From Candidatus Micrarchaeota archaeon (GTDB taxonomy: Archaea; Micrarchaeota; Micrarchaeia; Anstonellales; Bilamarchaeaceae), in the NCBI GenBank assembly GCA_016212525.1, contig JACRGD010000007.1, forward strand, positions 15,112 through 79,111: 64,000 nucleotides of DNA, given 5' to 3'. This document shows, piece after piece, positions 1-8,760 of the stretch (positions are counted from its first letter, which is position 1; each line of letters begins with the position of its first letter). The notes below the pieces were generated by a model. It worked only from the letters and a program-made list of their open reading frames with translations. It searched no databases and had not been told where the DNA came from. A program made the position numbers and the translations under genes.

Positions 1-571
1 GGTAATGAAAATGATGGGGATTAGCGAAATGACAATGACAGAACATTTCAAACTTTATAACGGATATGTAAACAAATACAACGAATGTATGGAAAAAACT
101 GCAGCCCTGAGCACAGATACAGTAAAGGCGGGACAAATAACATATAGCGACATTCGATCGCTCAAGATGGGACTCGCATTCGCATATGGCGGAATGATTA
201 ACCATGAAGTCTATTTTCACAACCTTGGCGGAAGCGGGGGCAAACCAACTGGAAAATTACTTGCACAAATAGAAAAAGACTTCGATTCATATGAAAGATT
301 CGAAGCAGAATTCAGAGGAACTGCAATGGCCGGACGCGGGTGGGCATTTTTGGTTTGGTGCCATGACATAAATCGACTAATGATAGTCATTGGAGACGAT
401 CAGTCATCATTTCCACCACACAATTCACACCTGATTCTTGCATGCGATGTCTATGAGCATGCGTATTATCTGGACCATAAAACAGCAAGAACGGCATATC
501 TTGATGCTTACTTCAAAAACATAGATTGGAAAGACGTCGAATCGAGATTCGAATCTGCAATCAAACACTAA
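1..571 (+). CDS. Fe/Mn superoxide dismutase-like protein (N-terminus at or beyond left window edge)
   Basis: ORF 5..571; SOD signature DVYEHAYYLD (cf. DVWEHAYY), NH metal-ligand region and YVNKYN helix motif; reading frame is open to the window edge; the canonical N-terminal LPxLPY hairpin is not present in the window. Confidence 0.7.
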   Translation, partial: VMKMMGISEMTMTEHFKLYNGYVNKYNECMEKTAALSTDTVKAGQITYSDIRSLKMGLAFAYGGMINHEVYFHNLGGSGGKPTGKLLAQIEKDFDSYERFEAEFRGTAMAGRGWAFLVWCHDINRLMIVIGDDQSSFPPHNSHLILACDVYEHAYYLDHKTARTAYLDAYFKNIDWKDVESRFESAIKH

Positions 572-572
572 A

Positions 573-1055
573 GTGGTGAAAATAATGGGAAATGATTGTT
601 GTTCTAATGCCACAAAGTGCAGCGAAGAAGAAGTAAAAAAACACGTCATGAAAAAGAGTGCCGGCCTTTTATTGATGAGATTGGCACTAGGGCTATTTAT
701 GATACATGGATATTCAAAACTTACAGACATAAACGGAACCACAGCATTCTTCAGTTCGCTTGGAGTTCCGATGCCTGGAATAATGGCATATGTAGTGGGA
801 CTTACCGAATTTTTAGGCGGACTTGCCATGATATTGGGAATTTTCACCAGCATAGCAGGAGTTCTGTTAGGCTCAGTAATGCTAGTTGCATTTTCCAGTA
901 ATTTCTCAGGAGGACTGATATCATACGAACTTGATCTGGTCTTTTTGATGCTCGCACTGGGAATCGGACTAATCGGACCCGGAAAATTTAGCCTTAAGGC
1001 GCTGATAAAAAACAAGTGCAATTGCGGCGGAAACTGTCCAGTCTGCAAACTCTAA
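573..1055 (+). CDS. DoxX-family membrane protein with Cys-rich N- and C-termini
   Basis: GTG-start ORF of 160 aa; 4 predicted TM helices typical of DoxX; CCxxxxxC at N-terminus and CNCGGNCPVC at C-terminus. Confidence 0.6.
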   Translation: MVKIMGNDCCSNATKCSEEEVKKHVMKKSAGLLLMRLALGLFMIHGYSKLTDINGTTAFFSSLGVPMPGIMAYVVGLTEFLGGLAMILGIFTSIAGVLLGSVMLVAFSSNFSGGLISYELDLVFLMLALGIGLIGPGKFSLKALIKNKCNCGGNCPVCKL

Positions 1056-1087
1056 ACTCTTTTATTCTTTCTTTTATTTATTCAATC

Positions 1088-1738
1088 ATGTATCTAATTG
1101 TTTTTGCACATCCAGACTCAGAAAAAAGCCATAATGCACTCTTACTCAAGTTCGTTCGGGAAAAACTCGAAAAAAACAGGGAGAAATATCAGATTATCGA
1201 TCTGTACAAAGAAAAATTCGATCCACTATTATCCAAAGAAGAATGGAAAGGGGAAAAGAATGCCCAAATCGAAAAATATCAAAAAATGGTCAAGGAAGCA
1301 GACAGACTTGTATTCATCTATCCAGTGTGGTGGTATAACATGCCATCGATCCTTAAGGGATTTTTCGATCGGGTTTTTACAAACGGATTTGCATATAACT
1401 TCCAAAAAGAATCCACATTTATAAAAATAGGAAGAATTTGTTTTGGTTGGGCGTTAGGAATAAGCCTTCTTTATCCGATCTATCGGAAAATGATGCCGAT
1501 TAAAAAACACCTAAAGGGCAAATGCGCACTTATAATAAACACATTTGGAGGGTTTGAACAGGGACCATACCTCTACCAAAATGCACACGAAAACTGCACG
1601 GACAAAGCAGTGCTCGATTTCTGCGGTATCTGGCCCATACACAGAGTAAACTGGTACGAGGTAAGAGGCGAGGCTAACGAAATACCCGAAAATATCCAGA
1701 AAAAGATCGAGCAGAAGATAGAAAAGATGAGCTGCTAA
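1088..1738 (+). CDS. flavodoxin-like fold NAD(P)H dehydrogenase (quinone) family protein
   Basis: ORF 1016..1738, probable true start at ATG ~1088 (MYLIVFAHPDSEKSHN); FMN-reductase-like motifs VFAHP and VFIYPVWWYNMPSILKGFFDRVF. Confidence 0.65.
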   Translation: MYLIVFAHPDSEKSHNALLLKFVREKLEKNREKYQIIDLYKEKFDPLLSKEEWKGEKNAQIEKYQKMVKEADRLVFIYPVWWYNMPSILKGFFDRVFTNGFAYNFQKESTFIKIGRICFGWALGISLLYPIYRKMMPIKKHLKGKCALIINTFGGFEQGPYLYQNAHENCTDKAVLDFCGIWPIHRVNWYEVRGEANEIPENIQKKIEQKIEKMSC

Positions 1739-1949
1739 TCAAGAACTAGCGGGAAACTTTTTCTTTAATACCATTAACGATAAATGCGGCACTAGTAAGA
1801 ACACAGAGGGGACATGGATGTGCAACTGAGCTAACGGCCCAGATCGCACCGATGGCAAGGCTCTCGTTCCCTTTTTTGATGAGGTTTTCCTTATTCACAT
1901 AGAAAATGAGTCTGAAAGAGAATAAAAATAAGATGGAAAATAAGTTTGA

Positions 1950-2125
1950 CCTTGCCGTTTTTTGCCGCTTTTCCGGCTTCATCTCGCGAAACCTGCTTTA
2001 GCACATGTAGCTTCGCAGACCTTCGCTCTGTTCAGGTCTGCTCGCGTCGCAAAACTAGTGCTTCGCTCAGCGTCGTCGTCCCTTCGGGACGACTCGCGCT
2101 TCCGCGGAAATGAGGTGTGCTGGTT
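1950..2125. repeat. GC-rich structured non-coding block of the GAGCGAAGC family (candidate ncRNA)
   Basis: about 60% GC island in AT-rich surroundings with no convincing ORF; minus strand reads CTGAGCGAAGCACT and CAGAGCGAAGGTCTGCGAAGCTACATG; a GUCGUCCC-UUCG-GGGACGAC tetraloop hairpin sits at ~2066-2085. Confidence 0.4.
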
Positions 2126-2170
2126 CTTCTTTATAAACAAGGCAAAAATAGTACTCTTTGGTGAAGAGAA

Positions 2171-2386
2171 ATGAAAGTTGAACAAAAGCTTGAATCGCTC
2201 ATGCAATATCGAAGTGAGTTGAGAGAGGATGACCGAAAGGTTTTGGATCGACTGATGAGCTTTGCCAGAGATCGGGTAAGAGCATGTGCAAAAGCAGACA
2301 ATTTGAGTGTCCTTGAATCGATGCTCCTTGCAATGGTCATAGAGCAGCAAAAAATTATAGAAGAAATACAGGTCCAAACCGCTTAG
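2171..2386 (+). CDS. hypothetical small protein
   Basis: 71-aa ORF immediately downstream of the GC-rich block; no recognisable motif. Confidence 0.3.
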   Translation: MKVEQKLESLMQYRSELREDDRKVLDRLMSFARDRVRACAKADNLSVLESMLLAMVIEQQKIIEEIQVQTA

Positions 2387-2484
2387 ATGAGCATTACACT
2401 TCTTGGTCAGGAGACAAATAGGTTGCCATAGGGGGTGCGCGGGACGGGAGACCCGCTACCCTCAAACCACAACAATAGGAATAG

Positions 2485-2844
2485 TTATTCAGACATCATC
2501 CCTAAAACAAACTGAATGAGAACAGGATGCTGAGCAGAGAGAACCTTGTCCATTTTGGCCTTAAGTACCTCGTCTTTTGAGTAGGCATGAAGAGCTTCCA
2601 GGATAGATCTTCGAGACTTAAGTGCATTAGATAGGTGAGTATTGACATCCTTGAACATATTGTCCATTTCAACGGCTTCTTTGCCTAAAGATGAGATATC
2701 GATAGTTTCACGTGGACCACCGCAGCAACCCCCGCCACCACAACCAGATGGAGAACATACATCAGAATCATCAGAACATTTATTAGCACAATTTTCATCA
2801 TCGTTGGAACAAGCCGAACCATCCTTACAACATTTACTTCCCAT
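2485..2844 (-). CDS. Cys-rich small protein, putative metal-binding
   Basis: 119-aa ORF; N-terminal third has 13 Cys (CCKDGSACS...CGGGGCCGG); last gene of the dtxR-ftr1 co-oriented cluster. Confidence 0.5.
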   Translation of the reverse strand: MGSKCCKDGSACSNDDENCANKCSDDSDVCSPSGCGGGGCCGGPRETIDISSLGKEAVEMDNMFKDVNTHLSNALKSRRSILEALHAYSKDEVLKAKMDKVLSAQHPVLIQFVLGMMSE

Positions 2845-2892
2845 AAAAATACCAGACTAGAAATAGAAGGAAATGTATTATAAACAGAAAAA

Positions 2893-3705
2893 TCAGGATT
2901 TGCTCCGATAAATCGCGTAGATAGTCAGAAGGTATCCGAAATAACTCAAAAGCTGTAGATCACTTGGATTTCCATCATAACCAATAAGACCCTTAAAGAT
3001 AGAACCAATAGGACCTTTTTCATGTAGCAAAGGATATGATCCATCTGAATTTTGTGGAGGATTGATGTCATATACATGTTCCACGTAGGTAGGAAGAATA
3101 TGAGCCTCCTGAAGTTCATGGATGCCTTGAGAGAAAAGGCCTGCAGCTAGCAAAATCAGAATAACAGTTGTGATCTTGAAAAATCTGCCAACATTGAAAT
3201 TTATTGCATATTCAAATATCAATACTCCTAAAACAATGGCAGCCACAGCGCCCATAAAACCTCCAACAAGAGAGATTGCACCAGTATTAACATAAATTCC
3301 GGCTAAAAAGAGAACGGATTCAACTCCCTCTCGAAGAGTAGACGTAAATGCGAGCAAAAAAAGCCCCAATGTTTCTTTTTTTTCGAGGGCCACCTTGACA
3401 TCCTTAGTAAGAGAGTCGACAACTTTTTTCTGACCCAGCATCCAAAGCACAAGCCAGCTAACAAGACCACTTGTGAGAATTAGAAAAAAACCTTCAAAAA
3501 GTTCTTCACTTGCACTAAAACCCCCCTGAACAAATTGAAAAATAAATGCAAGACCAATACTCGCAACCAGACCGGCCGCTACGCCTAACCAAACATGCTT
3601 TTCGTGATCCTCATTTTTTGTTTTGTGCAAATATGCAAGAATAATACTAACAACAAATGCAATCTCAAGACTTTCTCTAAATAGTACGATGAACTCAGCA
3701 AGCAT
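2893..3705 (-). CDS. FTR1-family high-affinity iron permease
   Basis: 270-aa polytopic membrane ORF with two REGxE-type motifs (FRESLE, LREGVE) diagnostic of FTR1/EfeU. Confidence 0.8.
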   Translation of the reverse strand: MLAEFIVLFRESLEIAFVVSIILAYLHKTKNEDHEKHVWLGVAAGLVASIGLAFIFQFVQGGFSASEELFEGFFLILTSGLVSWLVLWMLGQKKVVDSLTKDVKVALEKKETLGLFLLAFTSTLREGVESVLFLAGIYVNTGAISLVGGFMGAVAAIVLGVLIFEYAINFNVGRFFKITTVILILLAAGLFSQGIHELQEAHILPTYVEHVYDINPPQNSDGSYPLLHEKGPIGSIFKGLIGYDGNPSDLQLLSYFGYLLTIYAIYRSKS

Positions 3706-3742
3706 ATAAGATAACTAAACAGTTAGGACATTATAAGCAGTT

Positions 3743-3759
3743 ACCTAAATAAATTAGGT
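3743..3759. promoter_or_regulatory. candidate DtxR/MntR operator (ACCTAA-N5-TTAGGT inverted repeat)
   Basis: inverted repeat ACCTAAATAAATTAGGT about 40-55 bp upstream of the ftr1 start; half-sites resemble the TTAGG/CCTAA half-sites of DtxR-family boxes; a DtxR-family repressor is encoded immediately upstream. Confidence 0.4.
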
Positions 3760-3923
3760 TTTTAGAAAAAAACGAATATGTCAGACTCGACAAATCCGCA
3801 AATCTCTTAACTCTCCAAGCTCGACCGCCGCAGCACAGGTACGACTGTGTTCTGCGACTCCATTGACAGCATAAGAAAAAATAGAAATATCAGGATGAAA
3901 GAAAATGTTAAGACTCCCTGAGA

Positions 3924-4316
3924 TTAAGACTTTGTTTCTAATTTATTTACAAGATCGATGAGTTTGGAAACGGTTTCTTCGCTCAACTGATGCTCGAGAT
4001 AGCAGGCATCAAGATATGCAGTAGATTTGGAAACTCCAGCTATTTCAAAGAGCCGTAGGAAAACAAGATATCGCTTGCGAATGGAATCTGCCTTTTCTTT
4101 ACCATCAGAAGTAAGAGTTATCGCACCGCGCTTCTCGTAATTGATAAGGCCTGATTTCGAGAGTTTCTGGATCATTTGGGTAACACTGGGAGCAGAAACG
4201 CATAACGTTTTAGAGATATCACTAACCCGGGCATAACCTTTCTTATCGATTATCTCGGAAATTACACGAAGATAATTTTCAGATATTCGTGATATCGAAG
4301 CATCGGACACAGACAT
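3924..4316 (-). CDS. DtxR/MntR-family metal-dependent transcriptional repressor
   Basis: ORF 3924..4409; homology starts at internal Met (MSVSDASISRISENYLRVI, ~4316); winged HTH plus metal-binding and dimerisation region typical of the DtxR family. Confidence 0.75.
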   Translation of the reverse strand: MSVSDASISRISENYLRVISEIIDKKGYARVSDISKTLCVSAPSVTQMIQKLSKSGLINYEKRGAITLTSDGKEKADSIRKRYLVFLRLFEIAGVSKSTAYLDACYLEHQLSEETVSKLIDLVNKLETKS

Positions 4317-4441
4317 AGCAGATAATAATACTAACAAACAAGATATAAAGTCAGTCGAAAGGAGAAAGTAAACGCGGGATTTATAATCCAAAGGGCAGAT
4401 ATTAGTCACAGAAACAAGAAAATAACAAAATTCCTAGTTTT

Positions 4442-6514
4442 GTGATGATTATGAGTACAGCGGATGCAGCCCCCTCAATCAAAGTAGATCTTTCTGCATC
4501 AGTTGCAACTTTTGGCGAATTCTTCAGTGGTGCCTACAAAAAGAAGCTAGATCTCCTGCGTCAGGTCTATCCGACCGAAAGAAGCATATACATTTCATAT
4601 CCAGATCTGGAAAAATTCGATCCGGATCTGGCAGACGCACTAATAAAAAGCCCAGATTTGGTTCTTGAAGCCGCAGAACAGTCCATTAGGGACATGAATC
4701 TTCGAGTAGCTGCAGGAGGCGAGTTTTCACCGCGGGTCAGATTTATAGACGTACCATCTGATGACAAATTGATAGAGCAATTGAGCTCAAAAGAAATAAA
4801 CGAATTGGTATCTTACAAGTGTGTCGTAACCAAACGTGCAGAAGTGATGCATCGGATAAAAATTGCCGCGTTTAAATGCCAGTTATGCGAGTTTGAAATG
4901 ACAATCGCAGTTGGCAAGGATTTTGAGCCTCCAAAAAAATGCGATAACTGCAAAAAAATGGCACTAAAACAGATGGATGATCAGAGCACATTTGTCGATG
5001 TCCAAAAGGGCGAAGTGCAGGAATTACTTGAACGGGTTCGTGGAGGAGCACCAACTGCAAAAATCGAACTGATGATGGAAGAGGAGCTAGTAAACAAAAT
5101 AGCTCCAGGAGACACCATGATTATAGTCGGAATTCTACGACTTAGACCTCCACTAAAGAGCAGACAAAAGCAGGAATTAATGTACTCGCGATATGTAGAA
5201 GTAAACAGCATAACGAGCATGAAACGTGATTTCGAGCAGATAGAAATCACAAAAGAAGATGAAAAGAAAATACTAGAACTATCGAAAAAGCCGGATCTTG
5301 AAGAAATCATAATCAGCTCACTTGCTCCATCGATTTATGGACACACGGAAGTCAAACGCGCCATCACATTACAACTCTTTGGCGGAACGCGCGGCAAAAC
5401 AATGGTCGGTGGAATGCCGATTCGTGATGATATACATATCCTGCTTATCGGTGATCCTGGAATTGCGAAATCGAGATTTTTGATGAGCATAACAGAAATT
5501 GCACCCAAAAGTATCTATGTGAGTGGAAAGAGCGTTTCGGGAGCAGGACTTACCGTTTCGGCAGAAAAGGACGAATTGGGAGAAGGCGGATGGGTGCTTA
5601 AGGCAGGTGCATTGGTTCTTGCAAGCGGTGGAATGGCAACTATCGATGAATTTGACAAAATCGAGGAGGAGGATCGGGCTACATTGCACGAAGCGATGGA
5701 ATCTCAGTCAATTTCAGTTGCAAAGGCAGGTATAGTTGCAAAATTCAGAACTAAAACAGCCATACTCTCAGCAGCAAATCCCAAATATGGCCGATTCGAT
5801 ACAAGCAAAAATCTGGCAGAGCAGTTTGACATTCCTCCGACACTACTTTCGAGATTTGATCTGATCTTTCCAATAGTCGATGTGCTTGATGAAGAAAAAG
5901 ATTCGAAACTGGCAGACCACATACTCGCAACACATATGGGACGAGGTATAAAAGACACAGAAATTTTCGATCGGGAACTTTTACGTAAATATATATCATA
6001 CGCCAGAAGAAAGACATATCCCAAGCTCACGCAGATGGCATCTGATAAAATTAAGCAATTCTATGTTGATTTAAGAGGAAAGGGAAGATCGTCCGGTTCG
6101 GTTGCGATAACTCCAAGATACCTAGAAGGACTTGTAAGACTTGCAGAAGCCCATGCAAAAATACGATTAAGCGAAACGGTAGATGAGGCAGATGCCGAAG
6201 TCGCAATAGGGCTGCTAAACTACGTAATGAAACAGATAATGACGGATAAGGAAACAGGTCTCTTTGACGTCGATACTATTGCTACTGGAAAGCCCAAATC
6301 CGAGCGCGAAAAACTCCAGAAGGCAGATACAATACTTGACATAATCAGAGAGATACTAAGAAAGAATGAGTCTGCAGAAGTGGAACAGATCATAGCAGAT
6401 GCCAAAGGTTATGAAATAGAGGAGAATGCTGCCAAGAAGATTATTAATGATCTGCTAAGAAGAGGAATCATATACGAGAAAGAGTACGGCCATGTAAAAA
6501 TAGTAGGAGAGTGA
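4442..6514 (+). CDS. mcm: MCM replicative helicase
   Basis: 690 aa; C4 zinc finger (CQLCEF...CDNCKK), Walker A GDPGIAKS, Walker B DEFDKI, arginine finger SRFDL; no intein. Confidence 0.95.
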   Translation: MMIMSTADAAPSIKVDLSASVATFGEFFSGAYKKKLDLLRQVYPTERSIYISYPDLEKFDPDLADALIKSPDLVLEAAEQSIRDMNLRVAAGGEFSPRVRFIDVPSDDKLIEQLSSKEINELVSYKCVVTKRAEVMHRIKIAAFKCQLCEFEMTIAVGKDFEPPKKCDNCKKMALKQMDDQSTFVDVQKGEVQELLERVRGGAPTAKIELMMEEELVNKIAPGDTMIIVGILRLRPPLKSRQKQELMYSRYVEVNSITSMKRDFEQIEITKEDEKKILELSKKPDLEEIIISSLAPSIYGHTEVKRAITLQLFGGTRGKTMVGGMPIRDDIHILLIGDPGIAKSRFLMSITEIAPKSIYVSGKSVSGAGLTVSAEKDELGEGGWVLKAGALVLASGGMATIDEFDKIEEEDRATLHEAMESQSISVAKAGIVAKFRTKTAILSAANPKYGRFDTSKNLAEQFDIPPTLLSRFDLIFPIVDVLDEEKDSKLADHILATHMGRGIKDTEIFDRELLRKYISYARRKTYPKLTQMASDKIKQFYVDLRGKGRSSGSVAITPRYLEGLVRLAEAHAKIRLSETVDEADAEVAIGLLNYVMKQIMTDKETGLFDVDTIATGKPKSEREKLQKADTILDIIREILRKNESAEVEQIIADAKGYEIEENAAKKIINDLLRRGIIYEKEYGHVKIVGE

Positions 6515-6518
6515 AATC

Positions 6519-7361
6519 GTGAAAGCACTTACAAAACTAATGATAATATTTGTACTAGCCCAGATTCTGGGATTTTTAACCGGAATTACGGTTCTTCGGG
6601 ATTATTCACAAAATCAGTTTGCCCAGGCACTTTCAGTAACAGCTGACTCGCAAGACATTGGAAACGTCATTTTCTTCATAGGTTACATAATATTTAGCGC
6701 AGTTGCAATGATCCTTTTGATCAGGTATTTAGGAAAGCACAAAATCCTATTTAGGGCCATGGAATTTTTCATGATCTCTGGATCAAGCTCCATTGCATTC
6801 TATGCGATGCTTAGATTAGTACTTGGAATTGATGAGAGTACCATTGGAGGAATCATACTTGGCCTCATATTAGCCGCGATAAAAATCAGCAAAAAACTAG
6901 AGGTAAAAAATATTGCAGCCCTCATGGCCACTGCAGGAGTTGGAGTTGTATTTGGAATTTCGCTAGGTCCCATTCCGATGACAATATTCCTGATATTGCT
7001 TTCAATCTATGATTACATAGCAGTGTTTAAGACAAAGCACATGGTCGAGATGGCCAACTTCGTAGTAGAGCAGGACATGGCATTCACAGTAACTGCCACC
7101 ACAGATGAACCCCAGGAAGACGAAATGGACAAAAGAATTGATTTGGGAACCGGGGACTTGATAGCACCAATAATGATGGGAGTTGCAGTTCTTCCGATCA
7201 GTCCAATTGCATCAATTCTGACGTTTTTAGGAGCGATAGCCGCAATGATCGTGTTTATTTATATAGTACGAAAGAAGAAGATCGTACTTCCGGCATTGCC
7301 TCCAATAGTAGCAGGAATGTTCATGGTCCTTGTATTTGGAAAGATAGCGGGATTGTATTGA
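6519..7361 (+). CDS. presenilin/signal-peptide-peptidase-like intramembrane aspartyl protease
   Basis: 280-aa polytopic membrane ORF with YD (SIYDYIAV), GxGD (LGTGDLIAP) and PAL (LPALPP) motifs in the canonical order; starts 5 nt after the mcm stop. Confidence 0.65.
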   Translation: MKALTKLMIIFVLAQILGFLTGITVLRDYSQNQFAQALSVTADSQDIGNVIFFIGYIIFSAVAMILLIRYLGKHKILFRAMEFFMISGSSSIAFYAMLRLVLGIDESTIGGIILGLILAAIKISKKLEVKNIAALMATAGVGVVFGISLGPIPMTIFLILLSIYDYIAVFKTKHMVEMANFVVEQDMAFTVTATTDEPQEDEMDKRIDLGTGDLIAPIMMGVAVLPISPIASILTFLGAIAAMIVFIYIVRKKKIVLPALPPIVAGMFMVLVFGKIAGLY

Positions 7362-7394
7362 TCGGCATGAGATCAAAAAAGCAGAAGTTAATTT

Positions 7395-8426
7395 TTATTT
7401 TTTAACTCTTATATCCAAAACAACCTGAACTTCTTTTGGTGAATATGGCCGAACAATTCGTTTGCCAACAACCTCAATCTTAACGCCTGCTTTTCTGGCC
7501 TCGGTTTCTGCTTTCTCTAATGCATGAACAGACCAATCGATTTCCTTTACGATAGTATAGAAATGCACTATGCCACCAGATTTGATACCTGCAAATGCGA
7601 CATCAAGAAATTCATGCGCACTATGCGGAAGAGGCATAACAATCCGGTCGGCAAAGTCCAGGTATTTAGATAGGACAACTTTGCGGACATCACCGGCTAC
7701 AGCAGTAACGTTCGGAAGATGATTTAGCGAAATGTTTTCCTCAAGTGAGACAATAGCATCAGGATTCAATTCTATCGCAACTATTTGGGATTTCTTATGC
7801 TTCTTGGCCATAACAAGCGCAAATGGCCCTACTCCGGCAAAGAAAACAAGGACCTTTTCAGAAGGAGACATTAGGTCGGCAATTCTGCCACGCTCGTGAG
7901 CCAATCGAACCGAGAAATAGACTTTGGAAACATCGAATCGCATACGGACGCCACTTTCAACATAAGTAGCAAGAAGGTTTGGCCGACCTGCAATAAGAGA
8001 GAGCCTACGAACCCGAAATTCACCTTCCATGGCACCTAGTTTTTTATAGACAGATCTGACGTTTTTATGTGTCGTCAATACGGCCTCGCCGATTTGGGAA
8101 TCGTATTTGGAAAGTTTATCGGGAATTTCAACAATAGCGAGATTTCCTAGAATGTCGAAGGAAGAAATGAATTCACCAAGTTCTGATTGAGAAAGATGAG
8201 GCGACAGAAGGGATTTGACATCAAAGTTGGATTTAGGTCTTGCATCTGCAGCTAAGTCGACAATGTCAAAATCAGAGAAGTCAGAAGAAAGCACAGTAGA
8301 AGAGATAGGAAGGAAAACAAATTTGCTCTCGCGTACTATTGAATAGTCCGGGTTGAAAAATCCCTTTATTACTAGCCGCTTTCGGATCTCCTCAGCCCTA
8401 TCTTTTGGAATCCTAAGAAATTTCAT
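7395..8426 (-). CDS. Trm5/TYW2-type SAM-dependent tRNA (m1G37) methyltransferase
   Basis: 343 aa; class I SAM-binding motif VFFAGVGPFALVMAK and Met-10+-like C-terminal domain. Confidence 0.65.
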   Translation of the reverse strand: MKFLRIPKDRAEEIRKRLVIKGFFNPDYSIVRESKFVFLPISSTVLSSDFSDFDIVDLAADARPKSNFDVKSLLSPHLSQSELGEFISSFDILGNLAIVEIPDKLSKYDSQIGEAVLTTHKNVRSVYKKLGAMEGEFRVRRLSLIAGRPNLLATYVESGVRMRFDVSKVYFSVRLAHERGRIADLMSPSEKVLVFFAGVGPFALVMAKKHKKSQIVAIELNPDAIVSLEENISLNHLPNVTAVAGDVRKVVLSKYLDFADRIVMPLPHSAHEFLDVAFAGIKSGGIVHFYTIVKEIDWSVHALEKAETEARKAGVKIEVVGKRIVRPYSPKEVQVVLDIRVKK

Positions 8427-8434
8427 CTAATAAC

Positions 8435-8755
8435 CTACACCCAAGGACTCTGATTGAGCTCTTTTATTTGTTTCAAACTTGATGAAACAATTTCCTGCCA
8501 GTTTGGCCCCAGAGTATGTTTAAATTTCTCAATTAATTCGAAGGCAAGGGCATCCGATCCTGAGGGAAAATCCAGAAAAATATTTTTTTTGGAATAGAAC
8601 AGACAAAGCGACAGTATAGACTCAAGGCCCTGCAATTTTGCATCATCGGGAGGTGGATTTGATCCAAAGAGCAAAACAAATTTTTGCTTGTCAACAGCAT
8701 CAAACTTTAGATCGATCAGGATCTTTCTAATCAAAGAGGAATGTGGATTTGTCAT
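8435..8755 (-). CDS. hypothetical protein
   Basis: 106-aa ORF tightly packed between trm5 and leuS on the same strand. Confidence 0.4.
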   Translation of the reverse strand: MTNPHSSLIRKILIDLKFDAVDKQKFVLLFGSNPPPDDAKLQGLESILSLCLFYSKKNIFLDFPSGSDALAFELIEKFKHTLGPNWQEIVSSSLKQIKELNQSPWV

Positions 8756-8760
8756 GTTAA

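Noticed and set aside
425-1048. 207-aa minus-strand ORF
   Set aside because: It is antisense to both the SOD-like gene and the DoxX gene, so it is spurious.
1962-2377. ORFs 1962..2174 (+), 1979..2377 (-), 2131..2340 (-) and 1746..1982 (-)
   Set aside because: They overlap the GC-rich structured block, where stop codons are depleted, and overlap each other. None has protein-like composition. Only the short 2171..2386 ORF was kept, at low confidence.
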